64,000 nucleotides of DNA from Gammaproteobacteria bacterium (GTDB lineage Bacteria > Pseudomonadota > Gammaproteobacteria > UBA4575): contig CBDEUS010000002.1 in assembly GCA_965243395.1 (NCBI GenBank), positions 608,001 through 672,000 of the forward strand. Direction: 5' to 3'. The notes below the pieces were generated by a model that saw only the letters and a list, made by a program, of their open reading frames with translations, did no database searches and was not told where the DNA came from. The position numbers were made by a program, and so were the translations under genes. Below are positions 52,936 through 62,273 of this stretch, piece after piece (positions within the stretch are counted from its first letter, which is position 1; the number at the start of each line of letters is the position of its first letter).

Positions 52936-52949
52936 TTGTTCTAAATCAG
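52936..52949. promoter_or_regulatory. FNR-like box for the trHb-cytochrome c operon
   Basis: TTGTT-CTAA-ATCAG; minus-strand -10 TAGAAT 29.5 bp from centre. Confidence 0.65.
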
Positions 52950-52968
52950 TAAAAATATAAATTGTTAG

Positions 52969-53643
52969 TTAGAAAGTGCGTCCAATTCCAATAAAATAGA
53001 CCCAAGGGTCTATTTCGATATCAACATCTCTATTTATTCCATTTGTTTTTAGTGTCGCGTCCGCATCAATGTCCGCATACCATACTGCAGCATTAAAAAA
53101 CCATTTGTCGTTTATAGAAATATCAGCACCTACTTGAGCTGCAAGCCCCAAAGAGTCATCTATATCAAGCCGAGTATCACCACCAAGTGCAGTTTCGAGC
53201 GATGAAGATACATCTTCATCGGGGAAGTGTGTGTAGTTGACACCTGCACCGACATAAGGACGGAACTTGCCTGTACCATTAAAATGATATTGAAGTGATA
53301 AGGTAGGTGGGAAAACATCTACATCTGCAATTTTTCCTAGGGCATTTAATCCATCTTTACCGCGTAAATCATGTGTTGCAGGGGTTACACCTAATAACTC
53401 AATTGCAATCTTTGAAGTTAGCATGTAACCAATTGTAAAACCTAATGTAACGTCATTATCAACACCAACCTCAGTGTTGGGAATTCCTTCTACATCGTTA
53501 CTACTATCGTTTGGTTCAATAAGGGCGGGACCTATTCTGGCAAACCAAGTGCCTTTTTCATATGCAAAGCTCGACTGAGTATAAATAACAATGAAAAATA
53601 TGATTATTATTTTAATAAAACTTTTGCGACTGAAGGTTAACAT
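52969..53643 (-). CDS. ompW: OmpW/AlkL family outer membrane protein
   Basis: PPTLSLQYHF, PYVGAGVNYT, IDPWVY, terminal Phe. Confidence 0.92.
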   Translation of the reverse strand: MLTFSRKSFIKIIIIFFIVIYTQSSFAYEKGTWFARIGPALIEPNDSSNDVEGIPNTEVGVDNDVTLGFTIGYMLTSKIAIELLGVTPATHDLRGKDGLNALGKIADVDVFPPTLSLQYHFNGTGKFRPYVGAGVNYTHFPDEDVSSSLETALGGDTRLDIDDSLGLAAQVGADISINDKWFFNAAVWYADIDADATLKTNGINRDVDIEIDPWVYFIGIGRTF

Positions 53644-53737
53644 TTTATTCTTTTAATTTTCTTAATAGATAAATTAATAAATACGTTTTAAAAATCTTAG
53701 TATTATTAAAATCTAGCAAAGTTTAAATTTTGTTTAA

Positions 53738-53751
53738 CTGACTTATGTCAG
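53738..53751. promoter_or_regulatory. FNR-like box for ompW
   Basis: CTGAC-TTAT-GTCAG; minus-strand -10 TAGATT 29.5 bp from centre. Confidence 0.6.
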
Positions 53752-53896
53752 CTCAAAATAAAATGTAGACTTTCTATATAAAAAGGAATAGATTTTTATA
53801 AATATTTATTAACGTTATATGATCAATAAGAATCAACACACAGTTTTTCTAAATTAATATTTATTTAAATTAGAAAAGAGTGGCTATTAGAAATCC

Positions 53897-54280
53897 ATGC
53901 AGTCTATTTATGAAATTACTAAAATAGTTCATATCGCTACTGCATTTTTGTCGATTAGTAGTTTTATTTTAAGAGGAGTTTGGATGATGAAATCTTCCTC
54001 TCTATTGCAGAATCGTTGGGTAAAAGTAGTGCCTCATATTAACGACACGATTCTATTAATTGCAGCAATTATTTTAGTTATAGTCACTGCCCAATATCCG
54101 GGCCCAACGACCTGGATCAACATAAAAATAATTGCTTTAATTATTTATATTATATTGGGAACGATTGCATTGAAACGTGGCAAGACCATGCGCGTGAGAG
54201 TAATAGCCTTTGTTTCAGCAGTTTTGATATTTGTATTTATATTTGATGTGGCGATGAGCAAGACAGTACAACTTTGGTAA
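53897..54280 (+). CDS. SirB2 family membrane protein
   Basis: K.VH, F.LRG, PHINDT.LL, KIIALIIYIILG. Confidence 0.9.
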   Translation: MQSIYEITKIVHIATAFLSISSFILRGVWMMKSSSLLQNRWVKVVPHINDTILLIAAIILVIVTAQYPGPTTWINIKIIALIIYIILGTIALKRGKTMRVRVIAFVSAVLIFVFIFDVAMSKTVQLW

Positions 54281-54294
54281 TTAATTATATAAAG

Positions 54295-55032
54295 TTAATT
54301 CAAGTTATAGTCACCTTCAGCAATCCCGCATAATTTTTCGTGGTTAAGGATAGCTATTTTTTTGCGATCTGCATTAATAAGTTTATTTTCTTTGAATTTG
54401 GAAATTAGTCGGCTGACGGTCTCATCTGCAAGTCCTAAATAGTTGCCGATATCATAGCGACTCATAGTGAGATCAAATTCTTCAGCAGAATAGCCACGCG
54501 CTTTAAAACGACCCGATAGATTAATTAAAAAAGTTGCTAATTTTTGTTCAGCATTTCTTCTGGCTAGCAAAAGCAGCATCGTATGATCTTTTGTAATTTC
54601 ATCACTGATTAGACTTAATAATTGTTGTTGCAACCCTGGAATTTTCACGCATAAAACATTTAATTCATCAATGGGTAGTTCACAAATAGTAGCAGTATCT
54701 AAAGCCACTCCAGAGCAGCTATGTATATGATTATCAAGGCCATCCAAACCCAATATTTCACCTGGTAAGTGGAAGCCTAAAACCTGTTCTTCACCATTTT
54801 TAGCAGTAGTGAAAGTTTTTACTGAGCCAGATCGCACCGCATAAATACAGCCAGAACTCTCACCCTGGTTAAAAATTCGCTCATTTTTTTGTAGTAGTCT
54901 TCGTTGTTTAATGACGTCATCTAAAGAATTTAGATCGTTGTTGTTTAAACCTCTTGGCAGGCATAACTCCACTAAAGAGCAATTTTTGCAAGATGCCTTA
55001 AGTGATTTGAAATTGACTTTTTGCTCTTCCAT
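54295..55032 (-). CDS. fnr: FNR/Anr O2-sensing regulator
   Basis: CKNCSLVELC plus central Cys (TICE); MSRYDIGNYLGLADETVSR helix-turn-helix. Confidence 0.93.
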   Translation of the reverse strand: MEEQKVNFKSLKASCKNCSLVELCLPRGLNNNDLNSLDDVIKQRRLLQKNERIFNQGESSGCIYAVRSGSVKTFTTAKNGEEQVLGFHLPGEILGLDGLDNHIHSCSGVALDTATICELPIDELNVLCVKIPGLQQQLLSLISDEITKDHTMLLLLARRNAEQKLATFLINLSGRFKARGYSAEEFDLTMSRYDIGNYLGLADETVSRLISKFKENKLINADRKKIAILNHEKLCGIAEGDYNLN

Positions 55033-55146
55033 GTTTGAGATTATTCCAATCTATAATTTGTTCTATTTAAATCATGTGCTTGCAATTACTTGATTTGTTC
55101 AATATTGCAACACATTGATCTAGCTGCTTGCGCATCTCTGCGAATA

Positions 55147-55247
55147 CTGATCTGGATCAGTAAATAACTCAATTTTCCCTGAGATCAATAATACCCCTTA
55201 TTTTTCCTGATGTGGATCAGAATCTAGAGACGTTATCTCAGTATTCT
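55147..55247 (+). promoter_or_regulatory. Two variant FNR boxes and -10 element of the GST-GST-monooxygenase operon
   Basis: CTGAT-CTGG-ATCAG (55147-55160), CTGAT-GTGG-ATCAG (55207-55220), TATTCT at 55242-55247. Confidence 0.7.
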
Positions 55248-55374
55248 TGCTGAACAGTTAGCAAGGTACTTGTTGCATCAATATATTCCATAGTTTGTAT
55301 GTGGGGAAATAAGACGCCAATTAGCAAGTATCTGGGTAGGCCAAATCAGAAACAATTTTACGGAGACCAAAATT

Positions 55375-55962
55375 ATGGGTTTATTCAGTAAGTCAAAACC
55401 GAAAGAAAGTGAAAAAACAAAACTACTATGCATTCAGGGCGATGCTTCGTCATATAAGTGTCTTTTCCTGGCTTCCTTTAGAAAGTTACCGGTTGAAGTT
55501 GAATGGGGTGAGCCATCCACACTCGACGACAAAATGTCTGAATCTCTAAATATGTCAAATTTACATCGCTATCCGTGTATTGAAGATGGAGATTTCACAA
55601 TTTGTGGTGAAAGTGCAGTTCTTACTTATCTAAACATTAAAGGACGCACGCCTACCATCCATCCAAGAAAAGCAAGAGTACTTGCAATGCAACAATACTG
55701 GATACAAGTTTTAGCAACTAAATGTGAAGGTGAAAACATTCCTGCAGTATTAAATGAATTAGAAAAAACACTGGAAGGAAATAAATATATTGTTGGCGAA
55801 CTTTCACTAGCAGATTTTCATTGGGCGGCAACATTTAAGGCTCTGGAAGAAGTTGGTAACGCGCCAGACATTTCAAACTATAAAAATATTAGTAACTGGT
55901 ATGCACATATGAAGAGCGAAATTCCAAGCTTTGATGTAAGTAGTGAGAAAGTTGCGGCATAA
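55375..55962 (+). CDS. Divergent glutathione S-transferase-fold protein (paralogue A)
   Basis: YPCIEDGDFTICGESAVLTYL, KYIVGELSLADFHW. Confidence 0.8.
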   Translation: MGLFSKSKPKESEKTKLLCIQGDASSYKCLFLASFRKLPVEVEWGEPSTLDDKMSESLNMSNLHRYPCIEDGDFTICGESAVLTYLNIKGRTPTIHPRKARVLAMQQYWIQVLATKCEGENIPAVLNELEKTLEGNKYIVGELSLADFHWAATFKALEEVGNAPDISNYKNISNWYAHMKSEIPSFDVSSEKVAA

Positions 55963-56004
55963 AGTTTTTATTTAAGATTTATTTTATTACATAGGAATTA
56001 AGTT

Positions 56005-56799
56005 ATGACTGATTTATTTGAACAAATGGCTGAAAAGTCCGGGGGCCAAAGTAATGCGGGTTACGGCGCATCTGGTGAAATGAAAAAAACACAATATGTA
56101 TTAGAACTGATAGGGTCTCCTGCAGATGCAGACACATTAAAGTGTGTAATTACTGCAGCTGAGCAAGGAATGGAAATGAATTGTTACAGCATGGTTACTG
56201 ACAAAACAGATGATTTTGATCAACAAATTTCAGAATTATCACCTTTGTCAATTACTCCATGTTTAAAGGAAGCAGATTTTTATACATGTGGAAGTAGTGC
56301 AATAACCGCTTTTGCCGACGCTAGAGGTCTAGGCTATGCACTTACTCCGCGCAATGCGTCACTCGCGGCAATGCAAGAGTATTGGGTGGATATTGCAGTA
56401 ACAAATGTTGCGCCTTTAGTTGAACAAATTGTTGATGAAGTATTTGTCAAAAAATATGGTGATGCATCATACACATCTGATCAAAACTCCATTGATTCTG
56501 CTGGAGAGGGATTAAAAATATTTTTTGATGCTTTAGATCAACAACTTCAAAACAATAAATATATTGTGTGTGATAAATACACCTGGGCAGATCTTCATTG
56601 GACTGCCTATGCACATCTTTTAGATGTGGCGGGTTGTAGTGCATTGATAAACGAACGTGCACATGTCAAACAATGGTTTGACCGTATCAAAACACGTAAA
56701 GCACAGTGCGGACAGGATGAAATTGCCTATGAAATATTACCAAGTGTTGAAGAAACTCAACAAGGCAAAATCAAGTCTGTCGTCATTAGTGATTTTTAA
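56005..56799 (+). CDS. Divergent glutathione S-transferase-fold protein (paralogue B)
   Basis: TPCLKEADFYTCGSSAI, KYIVCDKYTWADLHW, VKQWFDRI. Confidence 0.8.
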   Translation: MTDLFEQMAEKSGGQSNAGYGASGEMKKTQYVLELIGSPADADTLKCVITAAEQGMEMNCYSMVTDKTDDFDQQISELSPLSITPCLKEADFYTCGSSAITAFADARGLGYALTPRNASLAAMQEYWVDIAVTNVAPLVEQIVDEVFVKKYGDASYTSDQNSIDSAGEGLKIFFDALDQQLQNNKYIVCDKYTWADLHWTAYAHLLDVAGCSALINERAHVKQWFDRIKTRKAQCGQDEIAYEILPSVEETQQGKIKSVVISDF

Positions 56800-56847
56800 T
56801 AACAAAAATAATTATTAATATTTAAATCTAAGTAGTGGGAGTAAAAA

Positions 56848-58032
56848 ATGCATAAATTTTTAGTAAATTTTCGATATTTAGAAACGCCGATACTAATTTT
56901 CATGACACTAGTGGGATTAGTAATTGGGGGTCCTTGGGTATGGACCGGAGTCGTATTACTAATTGCTTCAGTCATTATCGACTGGGCAACCAGTGCAATG
57001 AAATCTGTGCAGTGCGGCCCTGCGGGTAGAGACGAGGATGGTGACTTATATGGAGTTGCTTCATTTTTAAAAGTCATGATGTGGATACAGTACCCAATAT
57101 TTGTCATGCTCCAGTTAGCACTTGTCTGGCGAGTTTATGAATACGCCAATGGTGTTTCTTTTGGGCCAGATGAAATTTTAGGGATTACTATTCACCATGG
57201 TCTTACAACATGGGGGATGGTAGGTGCAACCATTTCTGCAGGCATTTATTTAGGCCTTGGGATTATGTTTGGACATGAGCTCGCTCATACTAAGGGTCCA
57301 ACATTTGTCCTAGCTCGTTGGATGATGGCATTAAGTGGTATTGCACATTTCTGTTATGCGCATGTGTACAACCATCATTTAGAATTAGGTTGTGAAGATG
57401 ATCCTGCTACATCACCACGCGGCCGTAATATCTATAAACATTATCTACTCTCTCACTTTGGACAATCACGTTTTCTTTATGTGATGGAGCGCCAACGTCT
57501 TAAGAAGAAAGGCGTACCTTTTATCTCATGGCAAAATCGATGGATTCGTGGATATGCAATGAGTTTACCAACCATCTTTGTATTTTGGTTTGCGGCCGGA
57601 TGGATTGGCTTAGCTGTAATGGTAGGGTCTTGGGTAATTTCTGCATTTGAATTAGAAGTACTCAACTACCTAGAGCACTATGGATTGATTCGCGAAAAAG
57701 GTCAGCCTATTGATTATCACCATTCGTGGGACGTTGGCGATTCTCCATTCACGCAATGGGGTTTCATTGAGATCGGTCGCCAAGCAGATCACCATGACCG
57801 AGGTGAAACCCATTTCTGGGAACTAGAAGATTGCGGAGCTCCTGATACCGGGTATGGCTACTATGCAATGCTTGCGTTACTTCTTGTACCACCGGCATGG
57901 GAACGATTTATCAAACCGCGTCTTGCCGACTGGGATGAAAACAGAGCAAGCGAAGGTGAGCGTAAAATTGCTGCGCGGATGAATTATCTTGCGGGCTGGC
58001 ATGATATGCCGCTATGTGACAAACCTAAATAA
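56848..58032 (+). CDS. Integral-membrane di-iron monooxygenase, AlkB/XylM family
   Basis: HELAH, HVYNHH, DPATSPRG, NYLEHYG, RQADHH; C-terminus KPRLADWD...ER..A..N..AGW resembles XylM. Confidence 0.88.
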   Translation: MHKFLVNFRYLETPILIFMTLVGLVIGGPWVWTGVVLLIASVIIDWATSAMKSVQCGPAGRDEDGDLYGVASFLKVMMWIQYPIFVMLQLALVWRVYEYANGVSFGPDEILGITIHHGLTTWGMVGATISAGIYLGLGIMFGHELAHTKGPTFVLARWMMALSGIAHFCYAHVYNHHLELGCEDDPATSPRGRNIYKHYLLSHFGQSRFLYVMERQRLKKKGVPFISWQNRWIRGYAMSLPTIFVFWFAAGWIGLAVMVGSWVISAFELEVLNYLEHYGLIREKGQPIDYHHSWDVGDSPFTQWGFIEIGRQADHHDRGETHFWELEDCGAPDTGYGYYAMLALLLVPPAWERFIKPRLADWDENRASEGERKIAARMNYLAGWHDMPLCDKPK

Positions 58033-58067
58033 AAAATATTTAACGAATCAAATACGAGGTAATAATC

Positions 58068-58280
58068 ATGTCAAGAGTTCAACTAGCTATACTTGCAATC
58101 GCAGCTTTTACAGGTGTTTCGGGTTTCATTCTTTATTCACTTGGAATTGGAGACCATCATTTTAATCCGCTTTGGGCGCTTGGAACTTCAATTGTCTTTT
58201 TAATTATTTTATTAATTGATGTTTGGATGTTCTTTGCTATTTCAGGTGAAGATGCCTTCAAGTGGGATCCTGAAACATAA
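58068..58280 (+). CDS. 70-aa two-TM membrane protein, last gene of the monooxygenase operon
   Basis: GAGG RBS; two hydrophobic segments flanking GDHH. Confidence 0.75.
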   Translation: MSRVQLAILAIAAFTGVSGFILYSLGIGDHHFNPLWALGTSIVFLIILLIDVWMFFAISGEDAFKWDPET

Positions 58281-58300
58281 AAAAACGTTAACACTAAAAC

Positions 58301-58334
58301 AAAAAACCGCAGTTATATTGACTGCGGTTTTTTT
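58301..58334 (+). terminator. Rho-independent terminator closing the four-gene operon
   Basis: aaaaaaccgcagt-tatattg-actgcggttttttt. Confidence 0.9.
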
Positions 58335-58422
58335 ATCTAAAATAAAAATTTTAATTGTATAAATTAATGATATCCCGATTTAGAAAAATCAAATAGTACC
58401 TTCCGGTCAAATACATATTTAT

Positions 58423-58436
58423 CTGTTTTAGATCAA
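58423..58436. promoter_or_regulatory. FNR-like box for the yip1-ccoNOQP operon
   Basis: CTGTT-TTAG-ATCAA. Confidence 0.55.
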
Positions 58437-58540
58437 TACACCAAAATATTTTTCATTACATACTGTATATGTATGAAAGCTCCTCCTTTTAATTAGACGA
58501 ACCAATTTAACATGTATACAAGATGTAAATATTTTACAGA

Positions 58541-59182
58541 TTGCTTAAGGAAATGATTAACGCTCCTATGAAAAATACATTGCCTTCATGTTTGTTGGTT
58601 CGTCTATTTTTTCAACCTACACGAATTTTTACCGAATTAGCAGAACTTACACCATCATCATCGTTAGTGTTTTTTAAAGCTGCATTATGGTTAGGCTTAT
58701 TGCCTCCTATATTCGCTTATTTTGGAACAAGCATATTTGGTTGGAGGTTGGGAACAGTAGAACCAATTTTTCTTCAAAAAGAAATTTTACTCAGCATTAG
58801 TGTTGCATATTTTTGTGTTTTGTTAATTGGATTTTTAACTTCTGCATTAGTTTCTCAATGGATGTCAAAAACATATGGTGCGCGGGAATCGTTTGGAACT
58901 CATTTTGCATTGGTCACAATTGTAGGTGCACCCTTAGCAGTGGGAAGTATGATTCATTTGTATCCGGACGTGTTCATAAACATTCTTGTATTTGTTCCCA
59001 TAGTACTTTGGAGCATGTATCTACTTTATCGCGGCTTACCTATTGTTCTTTGTACCACGCCTGAGCGCGGCATGTTAATGGCTTCCTCATTAATTGGTTA
59101 TTTGTTAGTAGCTTTTGTTAGTTTACTAGGGATAACAGTTGTACTTTGGATTAATGGCCTAGGTCCGAGTATGGGTGTGTAG
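58541..59182 (+). CDS. Yip1 domain (YohC-like) membrane protein
   Basis: [21 protein letters not shown]. Confidence 0.8.
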   Translation: MLKEMINAPMKNTLPSCLLVRLFFQPTRIFTELAELTPSSSLVFFKAALWLGLLPPIFAYFGTSIFGWRLGTVEPIFLQKEILLSISVAYFCVLLIGFLTSALVSQWMSKTYGARESFGTHFALVTIVGAPLAVGSMIHLYPDVFINILVFVPIVLWSMYLLYRGLPIVLCTTPERGMLMASSLIGYLLVAFVSLLGITVVLWINGLGPSMGV

Positions 59183-59184
59183 GC

Positions 59185-60627
59185 ATGGTTGATCCTGCAA
59201 AGAATTTATCTGTAGAAATTTATAGTGATCGCATGGTTACTGTGCTTGTGATGTTTTCAATTTTTTGGTCTGTAGTGGGAATGCTGGCCGGTGTTTATGC
59301 TGCTGCACAATTGATTTGGCCAGTACTAAATTTCGATCTTCCATGGCTGTCTTTTGGAAGGCTAAGAACTTTTCACACTAACGTAGTGATTTTTGGTTTT
59401 GGTGTCTCTGCGTTAATGGGAACGGCCTATTACAGTGTGCAACGCACCTGTCATGTACGTCTTTTCTCCCCTAACCTTGCTTGGTTTACCTGTTGGGCAT
59501 GGCAAATCGCGATATTGATTGGCGGTTTATCTTTATTAGCTGGCTATAACACTTCAAAAGAATATGCGGAACTTGAGTGGCCTTTAGACATTGCAATTAC
59601 TTTGGTCTGGGTATGCTTTGGTATTGTATTTTTTGGAACAATTGCCAAACGAAAAATTAAACAAATTTATATTTCAAATTGGTTTTATGGTGCATTGATA
59701 ATAGTCATTGCCATGTTGCACATAGTAAACAATTTAGAAGTACCGGTTACTTTAACTAAATCCTATTCACTTTATGCCGGCGCACAAGATGCCATTGTGC
59801 AATGGTGGTATGGCCATAATGCTGTAGGCTTTTTATTAACTGGTGGCTTTCTTGGAATGATGTACTACTTTCTTCCTAAACAAGCAGAAAGACCGATATG
59901 GAGTTATAAACTTTCTATAGTGGCATTTTGGGCTTTTACTTATAGTTACATTTGGGCGGGTCCGCACCACCTTCATTTCAATGCCATACCTGATTGGGTC
60001 CAAAACTTGGGAATGCTAATGAGCATACTTTTGCTCGCACCATCCTGGGCATCAATGATTAATGGAATTATGACAGTGAGTACTGCGTGGGAAAAGTTAC
60101 GTAGTGATCCTGCACTAAAGTTTATCGTTCTTGCATTAGCCTTTTATGGATTAGCTACGTTTGAAGGACCGATGTTGGCAATAAAAAGTGTAAACATTAT
60201 TAGTCACTTTACTGAATGGACTGTTGGTCATGTACATTCAGGTGCACTTGGTTGGAATGCCTTGATTACATTTGGCACTTTTTATTTTCTTGTACCGAGA
60301 TTGGTCGGCGCAAAACTTTATAGTGTGCGTTTGGCAAATATACATTTCTGGCTCGCATTAGCAGGAACCATACTCTATATCGTTGCTTTATGGGGTGCGG
60401 GTGTCTCGCAGGGTGTGTTATGGCTCAGCTTGGATGAATTAGGTGAGCTTCGTTATAGCTTTACAGAAATCATGGCTGCGATGAATCCATATTATTTACT
60501 TAGATTTATTGCCGGTTTGATATTTCTAATTGGCGCATTGCTAATGTATTACAACTTTTTTAAAACAATAATCGGTAGGCGCACTATTGCAGTTAGACCT
60601 CCAGTCATTGCCGAGGCTGTAGCATGA
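59185..60627 (+). CDS. ccoN: cbb3-type cytochrome c oxidase subunit I
   Basis: [36 protein letters not shown]. Confidence 0.97.
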   Translation: MVDPAKNLSVEIYSDRMVTVLVMFSIFWSVVGMLAGVYAAAQLIWPVLNFDLPWLSFGRLRTFHTNVVIFGFGVSALMGTAYYSVQRTCHVRLFSPNLAWFTCWAWQIAILIGGLSLLAGYNTSKEYAELEWPLDIAITLVWVCFGIVFFGTIAKRKIKQIYISNWFYGALIIVIAMLHIVNNLEVPVTLTKSYSLYAGAQDAIVQWWYGHNAVGFLLTGGFLGMMYYFLPKQAERPIWSYKLSIVAFWAFTYSYIWAGPHHLHFNAIPDWVQNLGMLMSILLLAPSWASMINGIMTVSTAWEKLRSDPALKFIVLALAFYGLATFEGPMLAIKSVNIISHFTEWTVGHVHSGALGWNALITFGTFYFLVPRLVGAKLYSVRLANIHFWLALAGTILYIVALWGAGVSQGVLWLSLDELGELRYSFTEIMAAMNPYYLLRFIAGLIFLIGALLMYYNFFKTIIGRRTIAVRPPVIAEAVA

Positions 60628-61250
60628 ATGCTTATCAACTCCATCAAATACTTGAAAAGAATATTGGTTTATTAGTATTTGGAATTTTATTTGTTTCTGC
60701 TATTGGTGGATTGGTTCAGGTACTGCCAAGCTTGTTCCAAGAATCTTTACAAACAGCCACTGAGAATACAAAAGTGTATCAACCGCTCGAATTAGTGGGG
60801 CGTGATATATATATAAGAGAAGCTTGCAGCACATGCCATTCACAACAAATTCGTCCATTAGTTGCTGAAGTACAACGATATGGTGCTTTTTCCCGAGCTG
60901 GAGAGTTTGTATACGATCGCCCATTTTTATGGGGTTCAAAAAGAACCGGTCCGGACTTACATAGAATTGGTGGCAAATATTCGGATGCCTGGCATCGCAT
61001 GCATTTAATCAATCCACGTGCTGTTGTACCTAACTCTATTATGCCAGCGTACCCATGGTTGGCCGATCGTTTGGCAAATCAAAATCAAGATATTGAAAAG
61101 AAACTTCGTGTACTACAAATGCTTGGTCATCCTTACACAGATGAAGAAATTTCATCTTCGAGTTCCAAGCTGGAAGGATATACAGAAATGGATGCACTCA
61201 TTGCTTATTTACAGGTATTGGGAACAGCATACTCAGGAGAAAAATCGTAA
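60624..61250 (+). CDS. ccoO: cbb3-type oxidase subunit II
   Basis: [25 protein letters not shown]. Confidence 0.97.
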   Translation: MNAYQLHQILEKNIGLLVFGILFVSAIGGLVQVLPSLFQESLQTATENTKVYQPLELVGRDIYIREACSTCHSQQIRPLVAEVQRYGAFSRAGEFVYDRPFLWGSKRTGPDLHRIGGKYSDAWHRMHLINPRAVVPNSIMPAYPWLADRLANQNQDIEKKLRVLQMLGHPYTDEEISSSSSKLEGYTEMDALIAYLQVLGTAYSGEKS

Positions 61251-61393
61251 TGGCTTATTTTATTTTTATCGGTGATATGTTCGTGATGGCATTCATGATT
61301 GGTGTTGTAGTGTGGGTATCAATGAAATCTTCGGATAAATCTACGAGTGAAGCTGCACGTATACCATTAGAAGACGAGGATACCGATGGCTGA
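61250..61393 (+). CDS. ccoQ: cbb3-type oxidase subunit CcoQ (47 aa, below the ORF-track cutoff)
   Basis: [23 protein letters not shown]...EAARIPLEDED; between ccoO and ccoP, overlapping both. Confidence 0.82.
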   Translation: MAYFIFIGDMFVMAFMIGVVVWVSMKSSDKSTSEAARIPLEDEDTDG

Positions 61394-62273
61394 TATGCCG
61401 ACAGACTTTTGGGCAGGATGGATTATCGTACTCACCATCGTTAGTTTGATGGGATTTGTTTGGTTGGTGTATAGCATTTACTTTTTAGCTAACAAACAAA
61501 AACAAGAAGAATCACCTATTTGGGATGAAACACTCTCAGAGGACGCACACCCAGCCCCTATGTGGTGGTTTTGGTTAACGTTAATTGCATTAGTTTTAAC
61601 GGTTGTATATTTAATTTTATATCCTGGTCTAGGATCTTTTAGTGGAACTTTAAAATGGTCCCAACATGGAAGACTTGATCACAGCATGAGCCACTATCAT
61701 AAAAATTTTTCCCCTAAACGAAATTACGTTCTCAACCGATCAATTTCTGAATTGCAGGCCAACCATGCAGTCATGCAATCTGCACAAAGAATTTTTGTAC
61801 AAAATTGTGCTGCATGTCATGGAGTTAATGGACAGGGACAAGCATCTATGTTTCCTAACTTAAAAGATAATGATTGGCAGTGGGGGGGTGGTGAAGAAGC
61901 CATCACTCAGACAATTAAACATGGTCGACGAGCAATAATGGTTGGTTGGAAAGATGCTATTGGAGATGAAGGTGTGTCACAGGTAATTAGTTATGTAAAG
62001 GCGTTATCAAGTAATGATCATAACAATGATCAAGGTAAAGAAATTTTTCAGAAAAATTGTGCTGCATGCCATGGTTTGCAAGGAGAGGGTAACCCTGTTC
62101 TGGGCGCACCAAATTTAACTGATGATATATGGTTATATGGTGATTCTGATAACGCGCTAATTCAAACCATCGCATATGGTCGTGAAGGAGTAATGCCTTC
62201 ATTTGAAAATCGATTAGACGATATTCAGATTCGCATGCTTACTGCACTTCTAATGCAAGTTGATAAACATTAA
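61386..62273 (+). CDS. ccoP: cbb3-type oxidase subunit III
   Basis: P.WW, LYPGLG, two CAACH, MPSF. Confidence 0.96.
   Translation: MADMPTDFWAGWIIVLTIVSLMGFVWLVYSIYFLANKQKQEESPIWDETLSEDAHPAPMWWFWLTLIALVLTVVYLILYPGLGSFSGTLKWSQHGRLDHSMSHYHKNFSPKRNYVLNRSISELQANHAVMQSAQRIFVQNCAACHGVNGQGQASMFPNLKDNDWQWGGGEEAITQTIKHGRRAIMVGWKDAIGDEGVSQVISYVKALSSNDHNNDQGKEIFQKNCAACHGLQGEGNPVLGAPNLTDDIWLYGDSDNALIQTIAYGREGVMPSFENRLDDIQIRMLTALLMQVDKH

Noticed and set aside
56848-58032. Assigning the gene symbol alkB or xylM
   Set aside because: Family is clear, but the QxxHH box and missing redox partners leave substrate and orthology uncertain
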